Assembly (NCBI GenBank): GCA_963835575.1
Contig: CAWIGG010000003.1
Coordinates: 128,001-192,000, forward strand
DNA: 64,000 nt
Reading direction: 5' to 3'
Source of the DNA: an uncultured Spirochaetota bacterium
Lineage (GTDB): Bacteria; Spirochaetota; Brevinematia; Brevinematales; JAOACQ01
The position numbers and the translations under genes were made by a program. The stretch's first letter is position 1. Each line of letters starts with the position of its first letter. Positions 20,048 through 30,484 of this stretch are shown piece after piece. Below the pieces are notes generated by a model that had not been told where the DNA came from, made no database searches, and was given only the letters and a program-made list of their open reading frames with translations.

Positions 20048-21661
20048 TTATTTATTATTTGTGTAGTAAATCAAGTCCTGAAGCGCTTTAAAAGCTTTTC
20101 CGCTATCGATGGATTCCTCGGCTGCCTGAAAAGCTTTATTCAGCGGCATTTCCTTTGCGACATATATGGCGAGTCCCGCATTGAGCACGACCGCTTTGCG
20201 CGGATCGCCTTTCTCAACGCCCCTGAGGATATTGAGCATCATACTGGCACTTTCTTCAGGAGTATCCACTTTAAGGTTTTGATTTTTACCGCTTAGCCCG
20301 AAATCTTCAGCGTTAATAACCTTATCAGTAATTTTACCATCATGAATTTCCTTGATGTACGTTTTTCCCTCAATGCTGGCCTCGTCCAGCCCGCCCTCTC
20401 CATGAATAACCATGGAATGCTTATGACCGAGATATAAAAATACCGGCGGGATCAATTCCAGGAGCTCTTTTGAATATACCCCCATAACATGGTACTTGAC
20501 AGCCGCCGGGTTAACAATAGGACCGAGTATGTTGAAAAGCGTCCTGACTCCGATTTCACGGCGCGTCGGCATCACATACTTCATGGCCGGATGATAGAGC
20601 GTCGCGAAGATAAAACCGATCCTGGCCTTATCCATGCACTTTTCTACTTCTTCCTTGCTGAGCTGGATATTGACGCCGAGCTTTTCCAGCACATCCGCCG
20701 ATCCGCTGTGGCTGGTAACAGAACGGTTGCCGTGCTTGGCGACTGTAATGCCGCTGCCGGCCACAACAAAAGCGCTGGCTGTTGAGATGTTGAACGATCC
20801 GGAATTGTCGCCTCCGCTGCCGCATGTATCCACAACCGTATTTTTACCCGATTCTATCCTGACGCAGACGTTGAACATCGACTCTGCGCTTCCCGCGATT
20901 TCGTCCGAAGTTTCCCCTTTCATTTTCAGGCCCATCAGGTAAGCGCTTACCTGCGAATGCGTGGCGTTTCCCTTCATAATATAGTCCATCATTTCCTTCG
21001 CTTCATCTTTCTTCAGGTCGTTTCTTTCGCTCACCTTTTTAATGAAAGACTTTATCCGGCCGGATATCTTGTCGCTTTGCTGGACTTCCTTCTTTTTCAT
21101 CACAATATTTACAAAGTTTTTGATGATGGCTTTCCCGTCTTCCGTAAGTATGGATTCGGGATGGAACTGAATGCCGTACACATCCTTGCCCTTCACCTTC
21201 ACTCCCATAATCTCGCCGTCATCGCTTTCGGCAATGATCTCAAGCTTTGCCGGAAGGCTTTCCCTCTTCGCGACAAGAGAATGGTATCTGATGCCGGAAA
21301 GGGAGCTTTTTACTCCTTCAAAAATATCCTTCCCGTTATGCTGTATTACCGAAGATTTCCCATGAAGAATATTCTTTGCCCCGATAATATCACCGCCGTA
21401 CCCGTAGGCTATGCCCTGATGGCCGAGACAAACGCCGAGCAGCGGGATATCATTATCATTCTTGATGAGGTCCATCGACACATGGGAATCTTCCGGCCGT
21501 CCCGGGCCGGGAGATATGATAATACCGTCCGGGCTCATCGCCAGCGCCTTGTCCAGAGTGATCTGATCGTTCCTGTAAACTTTGATGTCGCTGTAGAACT
21601 CGCCGACATACTGCACAATGTTGTAGATAAAAGAATCATAATTATCAATGACAAGAATCAT
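20048..21661 (-). CDS. trpGD: Fused anthranilate synthase component II / anthranilate phosphoribosyltransferase
   Basis: IDNYDSF, SPGPGRP, GVCLGHQ, QFHPES, then DTCGSGGD, KHGNRS, GLDE. Confidence 0.95.
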   Translation of the reverse strand: MILVIDNYDSFIYNIVQYVGEFYSDIKVYRNDQITLDKALAMSPDGIIISPGPGRPEDSHVSMDLIKNDNDIPLLGVCLGHQGIAYGYGGDIIGAKNILHGKSSVIQHNGKDIFEGVKSSLSGIRYHSLVAKRESLPAKLEIIAESDDGEIMGVKVKGKDVYGIQFHPESILTEDGKAIIKNFVNIVMKKKEVQQSDKISGRIKSFIKKVSERNDLKKDEAKEMMDYIMKGNATHSQVSAYLMGLKMKGETSDEIAGSAESMFNVCVRIESGKNTVVDTCGSGGDNSGSFNISTASAFVVAGSGITVAKHGNRSVTSHSGSADVLEKLGVNIQLSKEEVEKCMDKARIGFIFATLYHPAMKYVMPTRREIGVRTLFNILGPIVNPAAVKYHVMGVYSKELLELIPPVFLYLGHKHSMVIHGEGGLDEASIEGKTYIKEIHDGKITDKVINAEDFGLSGKNQNLKVDTPEESASMMLNILRGVEKGDPRKAVVLNAGLAIYVAKEMPLNKAFQAAEESIDSGKAFKALQDLIYYTNNK

Positions 21662-21739
21662 AAACTTTCCTCCTTTAACCCTGATCTTAGAGATCATAAG
21701 TCATTTTTATAATTTCTTTTGAAATTATTCAAACTTTTA

Positions 21740-22213
21740 CTATTCCCCGGCAGGAATATTACTTTTATTCTTCTCCATAATGACCAGCGTCACCTGTTCC
21801 GTTTCTTTGTTACTGCCCGTTATCCGGTAGCCGAGTTTCTGATAAAAATGAAGATTCCTTTCACTTTTCTCCCCGGTGCCCAGAAAATATTTCTGGGCTT
21901 CGGGATAGACGGCTTCCGCCGCATTCATGATCGCCTTTCCATAGCCCCGGTTCTGGAAATCCGGGTGGACGATCACGCGCCCGATATAAGCGGTATGGCC
22001 AGTCTTTTTCACCCGGGCCGAAGCAATAATCCGCCCGTCAATAAGTCCCTTCAGAATCACATACTCATCAAAAGCCTTCTCCATTGAGTCCTGCGTTTCC
22101 AATAGAGGCGGGATATTAAAATCATTATAGAATATCGCCTCGCTGTAAAATGCCGTTTTCTGCAGATTGAGAATTTCCCCGGCGTCCTTAACTGACGCGT
22201 TTTCAATAATCAC
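21740..22213 (-). CDS. GNAT acetyltransferase
   Basis: VHPDFQNRGYGK, NLHFYQKLGY. Confidence 0.9.
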   Translation of the reverse strand: MIIENASVKDAGEILNLQKTAFYSEAIFYNDFNIPPLLETQDSMEKAFDEYVILKGLIDGRIIASARVKKTGHTAYIGRVIVHPDFQNRGYGKAIMNAAEAVYPEAQKYFLGTGEKSERNLHFYQKLGYRITGSNKETEQVTLVIMEKNKSNIPAGE

Positions 22214-22899
22214 GCCGCTTCTCCTTTTATGACCATCATCTGGTTTCCGCCTTTCTGAAATTCATAATCAACCTTCTCAATGGATACCGATTTTCCTTCC
22301 TTCATTATCACCATTTTCACTTCCTCAACATAAAGTGATAGGTTTCCATTCACGTCAAGCAGGGGAAATATCCGCGCTTCTTTAGCAACCCGGCACATCT
22401 CCCGGACAGACTCAATATGAAAATCAAGAGATAAATTATCCGTATAGAGAAACAGAAAATGAGAACTGAGTGCAATATCAAACTCCCTGTCACGCACGGG
22501 CAGTACCGGCAGTTCCGCGTCAATATACCTTTTTTCCATCTTGCCTTTCTCAAAATCCTCCAGAAACGACCTCATCGCATCCATCCTGATCTTTCCCAGT
22601 TCTTCCACAGAAGGAATATCCTTCCAGATAAATTTATTCCTATTGGAGTAAGTCTGTCCGATCACAACCGCATAGGTCTCACGGATCCTTTTTTCAATAT
22701 CCCTGACGGACATCTGGTAAATGGGATCTATCGAAACAGCCTGGTATCCCATCCGGGCCATCATGCTGTTAAAGCTTGCCGGACCGTCGCCGCAGCCCAG
22801 TATCTTCTTTTTCAAATCCGCTTCCTTCAGACCGAACATGCGGACATATTCCTCAAAAGACCTGCCCCATGGCACAACTGATTTATAATGAAATGCCAT
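22210..22899 (-). CDS. SAM-dependent methyltransferase
   Basis: WGRSFEEY, ILGCGDGPASF, FDIALSSHFLFLY, YEFQKGGN. Confidence 0.85.
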   Translation of the reverse strand: MAFHYKSVVPWGRSFEEYVRMFGLKEADLKKKILGCGDGPASFNSMMARMGYQAVSIDPIYQMSVRDIEKRIRETYAVVIGQTYSNRNKFIWKDIPSVEELGKIRMDAMRSFLEDFEKGKMEKRYIDAELPVLPVRDREFDIALSSHFLFLYTDNLSLDFHIESVREMCRVAKEARIFPLLDVNGNLSLYVEEVKMVIMKEGKSVSIEKVDYEFQKGGNQMMVIKGEAA

Positions 22900-22911
22900 A
22901 ATCGCCTCCTA

Positions 22912-23643
22912 TTATTTCGTCCCGCCGAATAACGCGAATATACCGTATTTATAGAAACAGTCCGCGTCCCTGAACCCGGTCTGCCTTAAAGCTTCCAGCT
23001 GGTCAAAGAGACCGCCGGGTTTATTTTCAGGCTTGTTTTTATAATTCTCCGGCAGATTGTCATGCGTTCCTATTTCATCCCTTCTATTGTTTGCCGATAA
23101 TGTCTCATTCATCCAGTCTCTCCACATCCGGAACTGCCATTTTTCGCTCTTTTCGGAAGGCGGTAGAACCACGTCAATATTCAGGAAGAGCCCGCCGGAT
23201 TTTAATACCCTGAAAATTTTTGAATACAGCCTGTTTTTATTCAATATATCCAGGTGATGGATCGCCATGGATGAATAGATAAAATCATATTTCAATTCGT
23301 CCGAATCTTCCGCAATATAATCCTCAAAAGTCCTGAATAAAAAGATGAAATTCCCGGCCTGTAATTCTTTTTTTGCCTTATTCAGCATGATTTCGGAACC
23401 GTCCAGAAGCTCAAATTGATTGTTGGGATATTTCCGGGCCAGAATTTTACTGATCACTCCGTCGCCGCAGCCAAGGTCCAGAAACATCAGATTTTCTCTG
23501 TTTTCAAAGTGATACTGGAAGATGTCCATCAATAATTTGATAGTCCTTTTCCTCTCTATCAGGATCACGTCATTGGAATTCAGGTAATAATTAATCTGCT
23601 CCATTCCTCTGTCATTGATCCAGTTATTGTTTTTATCTATCAT
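22912..23643 (-). CDS. Class I SAM-dependent methyltransferase (CmoA-like)
   Basis: LDLGCGDG, YDFIYSSMAIHHL, LKSGGLFLNID. Confidence 0.88.
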   Translation of the reverse strand: MIDKNNNWINDRGMEQINYYLNSNDVILIERKRTIKLLMDIFQYHFENRENLMFLDLGCGDGVISKILARKYPNNQFELLDGSEIMLNKAKKELQAGNFIFLFRTFEDYIAEDSDELKYDFIYSSMAIHHLDILNKNRLYSKIFRVLKSGGLFLNIDVVLPPSEKSEKWQFRMWRDWMNETLSANNRRDEIGTHDNLPENYKNKPENKPGGLFDQLEALRQTGFRDADCFYKYGIFALFGGTK

Positions 23644-23947
23644 TATCTTCCCCGCTTATTTTTATCTTTTTATAATCTTTCTTTTCTTTTTGTATAAAAG
23701 CGCCTGTTATCGCCCGATAAACTTTTTCGGCGATATCCGGGTCCATGCCGTATTGAGCGGCATTCACCCTGCTCTTTTCCAGTACTTTTCTGACCCTGTC
23801 CGGCGCTTTAACATCTTTAATACTTGACTTCAAGCTCGCCGCCTTTTTAACAAAAGAACTTCTAAGCGCCAGAAGCTTTATAATTTCCAGATCGATCCTG
23901 TCGATTTCCGTCCTGACTTCTTTCAGCGTATAAGATTTATTTTCCAT
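23633..23947 (-). CDS. Chorismate mutase (AroQ/PchB-like)
   Basis: LKEVRTEIDRIDLEIIKLLALR...VKAPDR. Confidence 0.85.
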   Translation of the reverse strand: MENKSYTLKEVRTEIDRIDLEIIKLLALRSSFVKKAASLKSSIKDVKAPDRVRKVLEKSRVNAAQYGMDPDIAEKVYRAITGAFIQKEKKDYKKIKISGEDNDR

Positions 23948-23956
23948 AAGCCCCTT

Positions 23957-25378
23957 CTATACCAGCGCTGCCATCAAAGCCTTCGCTTTATTAATGCTTT
24001 CCTCGTATTCCCTTTCCGGCACTGAATCATATACAATCCCGGCGCCGGCCTGCAGATAAACGGTTTTATCCTTATAGATCATTGTCCGGATCGTGATGCA
24101 TGTGTCAAGATTGCCGCGAAAGTCGATATAACCGACCGCACCGGCATAGATACCGCGCTTTTCAGGTTCCAGTTCCTCTATAATTTCCATGGCCCTTACT
24201 TTGGGCGCGCCGGAAACCGTACCGGCCGGGAATGTCGCGCCGATGATATCGAGAAGGTGAACATTCTCTTTCGGCCTCCCTATCACATCCGATACAATGT
24301 GCATGACATGGGAATACCGTTCGATATGGAACATATTCTCAACATAAACCGAACCGTATTCCGAGATCTTACCGACGTCATTCCGGGCCAGGTCCAGCAG
24401 CATCGTGTGTTCTGCAAGCTCCTTCCGGTCGCTGAGAAGCTCCTTCTCAATAGACAAATCTTCCGCGGCGTTTCTCCCGCGCTTTCTTGTTCCGGCTATG
24501 GGCCGCTCCAGGACTTCATCCTTCTCCCCGGTTTTGATCCGTTTGACCATCACTTCCGGGGAAGAGCCGATAATTTGAAAGCTGTCAAAATCGATATAAA
24601 ACATATAGGGCGAGGGATTGATCATCCTCAGCTTCCGGTAAATATCGAATGGCGCTGTTTCTGTCTTCATACTGAACTTCTGGGAAAGCACAACCTGAAA
24701 GATGTCGCCCGCTATGATGTATTCCCTGGCCTTTTCCACGGCTTTCATGAAGTTTTCCTTTTTGAAATTGCTGGCGAGGCTTATCTTATTCTGATCCGTT
24801 TCGACAACGCGGCTGGGAGCTTTGGCCTGAAAAAGCCTTTCCTCATATTTCTTTAAGAACTCGCGGGCTTTATCTTCCTCATTCTGATGATAAGTAAAAG
24901 TCATCAGCACCAGCCTCTGGCGTATGTGGTCAAAGGCGATCAGTATCTTCGGAAGGACCATGTATATATCCGGCAGATCCATCCTGTCCGGCTTTGTGTC
25001 CGGAATATTTTCATAATACCGGATCGAGTCGTAGCCGAAATAGCCCACAAGGCCCGCGCTGAAAGGCGGCAGACCTTCATGCTTGATTTCCTCAAATGAG
25101 TCTACTATAGACTTTAACTCATTGACCGGGTTTTCGCTTTCATACTGCTCGATCTGGTTCTGAAAGACAATTTTTACCATCTTTTTCTTGGCGGTAAATT
25201 CGAGCTCGGGCTCGAAGCCGAGGAAGGAATACCGCCCGATCTTTTCACCCATCTCGACGCTTTCAAGAAGAAAGCCTTTTATGCTCTCTTTTTTTAAAGC
25301 GAGAAACGCGGATACGGGCGTCTCGATATCCGCCGGGATTTCTTTATAAACCGGATGGATCTTGAACTTTTCCTTCAT
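23957..25378 (-). CDS. trpE: Anthranilate synthase component I
   Basis: LLESVE, GDIFQVVLSQ, NPSPYM, PIAGTR, EHTMLLDLARND, GAPKVRAM, QAGAGIV. Confidence 0.96.
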   Translation of the reverse strand: MKEKFKIHPVYKEIPADIETPVSAFLALKKESIKGFLLESVEMGEKIGRYSFLGFEPELEFTAKKKMVKIVFQNQIEQYESENPVNELKSIVDSFEEIKHEGLPPFSAGLVGYFGYDSIRYYENIPDTKPDRMDLPDIYMVLPKILIAFDHIRQRLVLMTFTYHQNEEDKAREFLKKYEERLFQAKAPSRVVETDQNKISLASNFKKENFMKAVEKAREYIIAGDIFQVVLSQKFSMKTETAPFDIYRKLRMINPSPYMFYIDFDSFQIIGSSPEVMVKRIKTGEKDEVLERPIAGTRKRGRNAAEDLSIEKELLSDRKELAEHTMLLDLARNDVGKISEYGSVYVENMFHIERYSHVMHIVSDVIGRPKENVHLLDIIGATFPAGTVSGAPKVRAMEIIEELEPEKRGIYAGAVGYIDFRGNLDTCITIRTMIYKDKTVYLQAGAGIVYDSVPEREYEESINKAKALMAALV

Positions 25379-25414
25379 TTTATTCTCCTTTTTTGTTCTT
25401 TTGGATTAAAAATT

Positions 25415-25449
25415 AAAAAACCCGCAGGTGTTTAAACCTGCGGGTTTTT
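25415..25449 (-). terminator. Attenuator terminator of trp operon
   Basis: AAAAACCCGCAGGT-TTAAAC-ACCTGCGGGTTTTTT, located between the leader peptide and trpE. Confidence 0.9.
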
Positions 25450-25486
25450 ATCTTATATAATAAGACATATCTCTCCCAACTCGGCA

Positions 25487-25558
25487 CTACACCTCACTTG
25501 ACATAATTTTAAACCACCACCAGAAGAAGAAAAGTTTGGAAATCTGGAGAGAACTCAT
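25487..25558 (-). CDS. trpL: Attenuator leader peptide MSSLQISKLFFFWWWFKIMSSEV
   Basis: SD AGGAG, ATG at 25558, TTC TTC TTC TGG TGG TGG TTT, TAG at 25487-25489; lies upstream of the terminator and trpE. Confidence 0.9.
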   Translation of the reverse strand: MSSLQISKLFFFWWWFKIMSSEV

Positions 25559-25632
25559 TGGAAGTCTCCTTTTTTATCAGGTTTTATTCTAGAGACAAAA
25601 TAATAATATGTCAAATCATATTTGTAAATATT

Positions 25633-26267
25633 TTAATAAATCTTAAAATCCAGACCCAGATTAATAAAAAATCCGTTGATCTACAGGGGATAACCCGGCG
25701 TCACGCTGAAGAGTTCAAATTCATAACCGGTCCTTAAAATCAATCCGATACTTTCCGACGCTTTCAATTCCATATAAAGGAGAGGAGCCAGGGAGAGCGC
25801 ATAGAGACTGCCGTCAATCGCGCTTCCTGTGTTGGTTTTGATCATTGTAAAGGATGTATTCAGTCTCAGGCCGGGCGCTGTATCAAAACCAAGTCCGATC
25901 TTGAAAGAACGGCCAAGATCAAAGACGGCCAGAGGCTCTATAATAAGGCTCAATTTTGAAGTTTTATAAATTCTATCATAAACATTATCAAAAACAATAA
26001 TATCCGCCGACCTGACCATCTGATATTTATAATCCACCATCATTGCCAGGTCAAGATCAAAACTATTGCTGACGCTCTCAAGCCGAATTGAGCTATGGAA
26101 ATTCCGTATCCGGCACCGAATCCCAGAGTGACGCCGGAATACGCGGCACCCTCAGGCGCCCGGGACGTCATGCCGAGATTATAGGCCGTATTGATATCGA
26201 TAACAATACCGGCAAAAACAGCCCTGCATAGAATTAGAATTAATATCGATAAAATCACTTTCCGCAT
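25633..26267 (-). pseudogene. Disrupted outer-membrane beta-barrel protein
   Basis: Signal peptide MRKVIL...AVFA; frameshift near 26075 (SNSFDLDLAMM in the next frame); in-frame TAG at 25681-25683 followed by INGFFINLGLDFKIY*, a typical terminal beta-strand. Confidence 0.65.
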
Positions 26268-26277
26268 TGAACTTTCC

Positions 26278-26514
26278 CTACTTTTTTTCATAAACATCGT
26301 TAGAATAAGTACCGGGATTTAAAGGCAAGATTGAAATCCCGGCCTCTGAAATCCCTTCCGAGGAAGTCCCGTTCATATAATAATATTGATTGAAGGGCGT
26401 ATTATCGGTAATCATAACATTTGTCGGAACGCCTCCAATGCAGTTTGATGTTATGATCAGGTTCGTAATTATAGAAGAAAGAAATAATACTATTTTCTTC
26501 AAAAAAATCTCCAA
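26278..26514 (-). pseudogene. Possible remnant of an exported protein gene
   Basis: Short ORF with secreted-protein-like composition directly upstream of the OMP pseudogene. Confidence 0.3.
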
Positions 26515-26771
26515 AAATGCTCTATCATTTTTAACGGCATTTTATTAAAAACGCTTAAAAAGCATAGCTTCAATAAATTATTTTTATTGAAAATATTGGA
26601 CCGTTATTAAATAACACGGGAGGCGAAACTGTACTGTCGTCCGAAAGCATCCTCCCGGACATTTTCACTGACCGATTTTATTTTTTGATTTTTGTCAGCC
26701 CCATGAGTATAATGACAGATGTCATAAATCGGGGGCTCTGGTATTGCCCTTAATCAGCAGGAAGGATTTAA

Positions 26772-27614
26772 ATGGATCATAATTATTTTGAGGAAACGGT
26801 CTATACAATGACGAGCGATGCTCTATCCCAGGAGGGTTTGTTAATCCGCCCTGCCGGGAGCCCCGTAAAACCTGCCGCGGTTGTCTGGGTCCATGGTTTT
26901 GCAAGTAATTATTATCAATTCAACGCCGTTCAGATCGGACGTATGATCGCCGGCGCCGGCTTTACATTCATCACAGGAAATAACCGCGGCCATGACTTCG
27001 GCGCAATATACTACACGGATAAAGGAGCGCCGATGCTCTATGGAGGCGGCTGGGAACAGTTGGAAGAGTCTCCTCTGGATATTTCCGCATGGATCGATTT
27101 TGCGGCCCAATTGGGGTATAGCCGCGTTGTGCTTCTGGGGCACAGCCTCGGGGCTTTGAAGGTCATGCATTACCAGGCCGAATGCCGGGACCCGAGGGTC
27201 GCAGGGCTGATATCCGCTTCGCCTCCTCTGCGCGGCGGGAATATCGATCCGGAAATCCTGAAACAGGCCGAACAGCTTTCAAAGGCGGGCCGGGGCCGCG
27301 ACCTCCTTCCCTGGGGATCTTTCTTTTTAGGCGCGGGCACGCTTAGCGCTCAAAGTTATCTCGGCTTAGTGAAGAACGGCCGGAAAGTAATGGAAAGTTT
27401 TATCGGCAGGATCAGCTGTCCCCTGCTCGCAGTATACGGCACAAACGAAGGCTGGGTTGGCGATGAGAAAGACCTGGAGACAATCCGCGTCTCCGCCGTC
27501 GCCTCTCCTCAAGTCGCCACAGTCATGATCGAAGGGGCCGACCACAGTTATACAAATCACATAAACGAAGTTTCCCGGGCATTTATCGATTGGATCGGAA
27601 AAGCGGTACTATAG
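26772..27614 (+). CDS. Alpha/beta hydrolase (DUF1749-like)
   Basis: VHG, NNRGHD, GHSLG nucleophile elbow, EGADH. Confidence 0.88.
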   Translation: MDHNYFEETVYTMTSDALSQEGLLIRPAGSPVKPAAVVWVHGFASNYYQFNAVQIGRMIAGAGFTFITGNNRGHDFGAIYYTDKGAPMLYGGGWEQLEESPLDISAWIDFAAQLGYSRVVLLGHSLGALKVMHYQAECRDPRVAGLISASPPLRGGNIDPEILKQAEQLSKAGRGRDLLPWGSFFLGAGTLSAQSYLGLVKNGRKVMESFIGRISCPLLAVYGTNEGWVGDEKDLETIRVSAVASPQVATVMIEGADHSYTNHINEVSRAFIDWIGKAVL

Positions 27615-27716
27615 TTTTGAATAATGACATCTCTTGAAAAAAATTATACCGGCTTCCTTTTTAATCTTTTCCGGGATCAATCCTGTAATAACCGGGATTT
27701 TTCTAGTTCCATAAAT

Positions 27717-28808
27717 TCAGTTTTCAGGAAAAGGCAGTTCCAGGTACAGGGACTTTTTTTTACTCTTTCCCGGGGCCATGCCGAAATTCGATACGGATAT
27801 CCCCGCCAGGCGTATCCTTTTCTCGCCGGCCTCGGTTTTATCCAGAAGCTTTTTTACTTCACGGAAAATGATCGCGGCGCCGCTGACAGGCTCCGGCAGG
27901 CTGACGCTCCGCGTGATCTGCTTAAAATCAAAATACTTGATCTTGAGGGTAATGGTCCTGCCTTCTGTGCCGTAACTTTTCAGGATTCTTTCAACTTCGA
28001 AAGAAAGGTCCTCCAGAAGCTCCTCGATTTCCATTCTGTCAAGGATATCCTTCGGCAATGTCACCTCGCGGCCGATGGACTTCCTTTCATAATAGGGCTG
28101 GACCGGCGACTCATCGATGCCTCGGGCGAGGTTGTAAAACCATTCCCCGCCTTTGCCGAAATACTCCGTCAATTCCTCTATTGTTTTTCCCTTCAGGTCA
28201 GCGCCGTTTTTGATACCGAGCTCAAGCATTCTTTTCTCAGTGACCTTCCCCACCCCGTAAAAACTGCCTATGGGGAGCTTCGCGATAAACGATTCCGCGT
28301 CCTCGGGAACAACAACGGTGAGGCCGTCAGGCTTTTTGAAGCCCGACGCGACTTTCGCTATAAATTTATTGAACGAAACACCGGCTGAAGCGGTCAGGCC
28401 CGTTTTTTCATATATCTTCCGCTTGATCTCTTTAGCGATCCGGTACGCGAGAGGCATCCCTTTTTTATTTTCGGTCACATCAAGATAGGCTTCGTCGAGC
28501 GACAGGGGCTCGACAAGATCGGTATATTCATGGAATATTTCATTGATTTCCGAGGAGGCTTTTTCATACAGGTCAAAACGCGGCTCTATCAATACGGCCT
28601 TCGGGCAGAGCCGGAGCGCCTGCGATGAGGCCATCGCGGAATGGATGCCGAATTTACGGGCCTCATAGGAGCACGTCGCCACAACACCCCTGTCCTGCGG
28701 GCGTCCGCCGACGATTATGGGCTTGCCCTTCAGTTCGGGGCGCTCCCTCTGCTCAACCGACGCGTAGAACGCGTCCATATCGACATGGATGATTTTTCGG
28801 ATTTTCAT
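27717..28808 (-). CDS. dinB: DNA polymerase IV
   Basis: IHVDMDAFYASVEQR, YEARKFG, SLDEAYLD, KPDG. Confidence 0.97.
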   Translation of the reverse strand: MKIRKIIHVDMDAFYASVEQRERPELKGKPIIVGGRPQDRGVVATCSYEARKFGIHSAMASSQALRLCPKAVLIEPRFDLYEKASSEINEIFHEYTDLVEPLSLDEAYLDVTENKKGMPLAYRIAKEIKRKIYEKTGLTASAGVSFNKFIAKVASGFKKPDGLTVVVPEDAESFIAKLPIGSFYGVGKVTEKRMLELGIKNGADLKGKTIEELTEYFGKGGEWFYNLARGIDESPVQPYYERKSIGREVTLPKDILDRMEIEELLEDLSFEVERILKSYGTEGRTITLKIKYFDFKQITRSVSLPEPVSGAAIIFREVKKLLDKTEAGEKRIRLAGISVSNFGMAPGKSKKKSLYLELPFPEN

Positions 28809-28877
28809 AATGAGATATTATAACAGAGATTAATAAGAAACAATAATGTCGTATTGATAAGTTTCACCGCCAAATAA

Positions 28878-29003
28878 CGGGTAATCCGCTAATGCACGCG
28901 AATAGACGCGAATTGAAAAGAAGGAGTATTAATTGGAACTGTTAGGAGATGATGAATGATAAGGTATAAAATTTATTAGCGTGAATTCGCGTGGCTTAGC
29001 GGA
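28878..29003. repeat. 9-nt-periodic repeat pair (CGCGAAT family), converging arms
   Basis: Same two arms as 1087-1170. Confidence 0.85.
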
Positions 29004-29161
29004 AGACTTAACTTAATATACATACCTAGCCGGTAATTATTTTTTGAATTTATGAAAAGTCTGATTTGTACCTAAACTTCCTGCCCCTTCGGTAAGATCA
29101 GGGCATCGCTTCCCGTCTTCCTGTCTTCCTGTAAAATAGATATGACATTTACAGGATTTTA

Positions 29162-30265
29162 TTATCCCAGATCAATCAGTTCGTAACTCTGGATTCCCAG
29201 GCCGATCTTCTCCGCGTAATCCAGGCAGTTCCGCCAGTCGGTGTTGGGGTAAATCATCGTGAATTTATCCTTTTTTTGAGAATCCCTGCCGCCGATCACG
29301 CTTTCTTTATTGGCCTCGGTTTTATTGACCAGGTCGACACAGGCCCTGTCGATAGCGACAGGGTCATAGGAAGCCAGGATGCCGATGTCCGGCACGATCG
29401 GATAATCATTGAAATTCCAGCAGTCGCAGTTCGGCGAAACATCGATGATAAAATTGATATGAAAATGCTGTTTGCCATGAAGGACCGCGTAAGCGTATTC
29501 CGCGATTTTTTCCAGCGTGTTTGTCGCGCCCCAGACAACCTGCGCGGCGTCATAATAGCAGACAGCGACGCACTGCCCGCAGCCCACGCATTTTTCATAA
29601 TCGATGACGGCCTTTCTCTCGCCGTCAATATGAACGGCGTCATGAGCGCAGTTTTTCACGCATTGGGAGCATGCCGTGCAGTTTTTCCGGTTTATTTTCG
29701 GCTTATTGCCGGAATGCATCTCAAGTTTTCCGCCCACGGAACCCGAACCCATTCCCAGGTTCTTCAAAGCCCCGCCGAAACCGGCAAGGTCATGCCCTTT
29801 GAAATGGTTTAACGAGATAATGATGTCCGCATCGGCAATGGCCGCGCCGATTTTCGCCGTCTTGCAGTTCTTCATTTTTATGGGGATCTCGCGGTAATCC
29901 GTTCCTTTGAGCCCGTCAGCGATGATGACATTACAACCGAGCGCGAGCGGATTATAACCGTTCTCAGCCGCGCTTCTCAGATGGTCGACGGCGTTGCCGC
30001 GGCCGCCCTTGTACAGGGTATTGGCGTCCGTGACAAACGTAAAAGCTCCGTTCGCCTGGAGGAGCTTCGCGATCCTGGCGGCAAAATTCGGGCGTAAATA
30101 GGAAAGATTGCCCGGCTCGCCGAAATGAACTTTTAAGGCCGCGAACTTTTTATTTAAATCGAGGGAAAGGATCCCCGCCTTTTTAACGAGCGCTTCCAGT
30201 TTGTCCGGCAGGTTTTTCCCAGGAGAGGTTCTGAGATTTGTAAAAAAGACCTTCGCTTTTTCCAT
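29162..30265 (-). CDS. DUF362 domain protein with 2x[4Fe-4S] ferredoxin domain
   Basis: KVHFGE, HFKGH, CTACSQC..C, CVGCGQC..C, SPNCDC, DPVAIDRA. Confidence 0.9.
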   Translation of the reverse strand: MEKAKVFFTNLRTSPGKNLPDKLEALVKKAGILSLDLNKKFAALKVHFGEPGNLSYLRPNFAARIAKLLQANGAFTFVTDANTLYKGGRGNAVDHLRSAAENGYNPLALGCNVIIADGLKGTDYREIPIKMKNCKTAKIGAAIADADIIISLNHFKGHDLAGFGGALKNLGMGSGSVGGKLEMHSGNKPKINRKNCTACSQCVKNCAHDAVHIDGERKAVIDYEKCVGCGQCVAVCYYDAAQVVWGATNTLEKIAEYAYAVLHGKQHFHINFIIDVSPNCDCWNFNDYPIVPDIGILASYDPVAIDRACVDLVNKTEANKESVIGGRDSQKKDKFTMIYPNTDWRNCLDYAEKIGLGIQSYELIDLG

Positions 30266-30484
30266 AATAGATAAACTCCATTTAAAAATTTTATCCGGAT
30301 AAGCTTTTGCCGTTTAACGGACAAAAACTTTATTCTTCATTATAATTTCAATAGCCGGTTCTTTCAAATAATAGATAGTCAGTTCCAAAGAATTTGATTT
30401 TTTGGAACAGACCTTTATCTTTTTGATTGAAAAATAAACCCGCCGGACTTATACTTATCAGTATTATTTTTATCCGGGGGCTTT

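Noticed and set aside
25681..25683. In-frame TAG as evidence of stop-codon recoding
   Set aside because: TAG terminates intact genes in this window (flaB2, trpE, paaK), and the same gene also has a frameshift.
26617..26657. CGGGAGG...CCTCCCG hairpin containing GGCGAAAC as a c-di-GMP-I riboswitch
   Set aside because: No GAAA-tetraloop P2 or GACGCAAA/P3 arrangement could be built.
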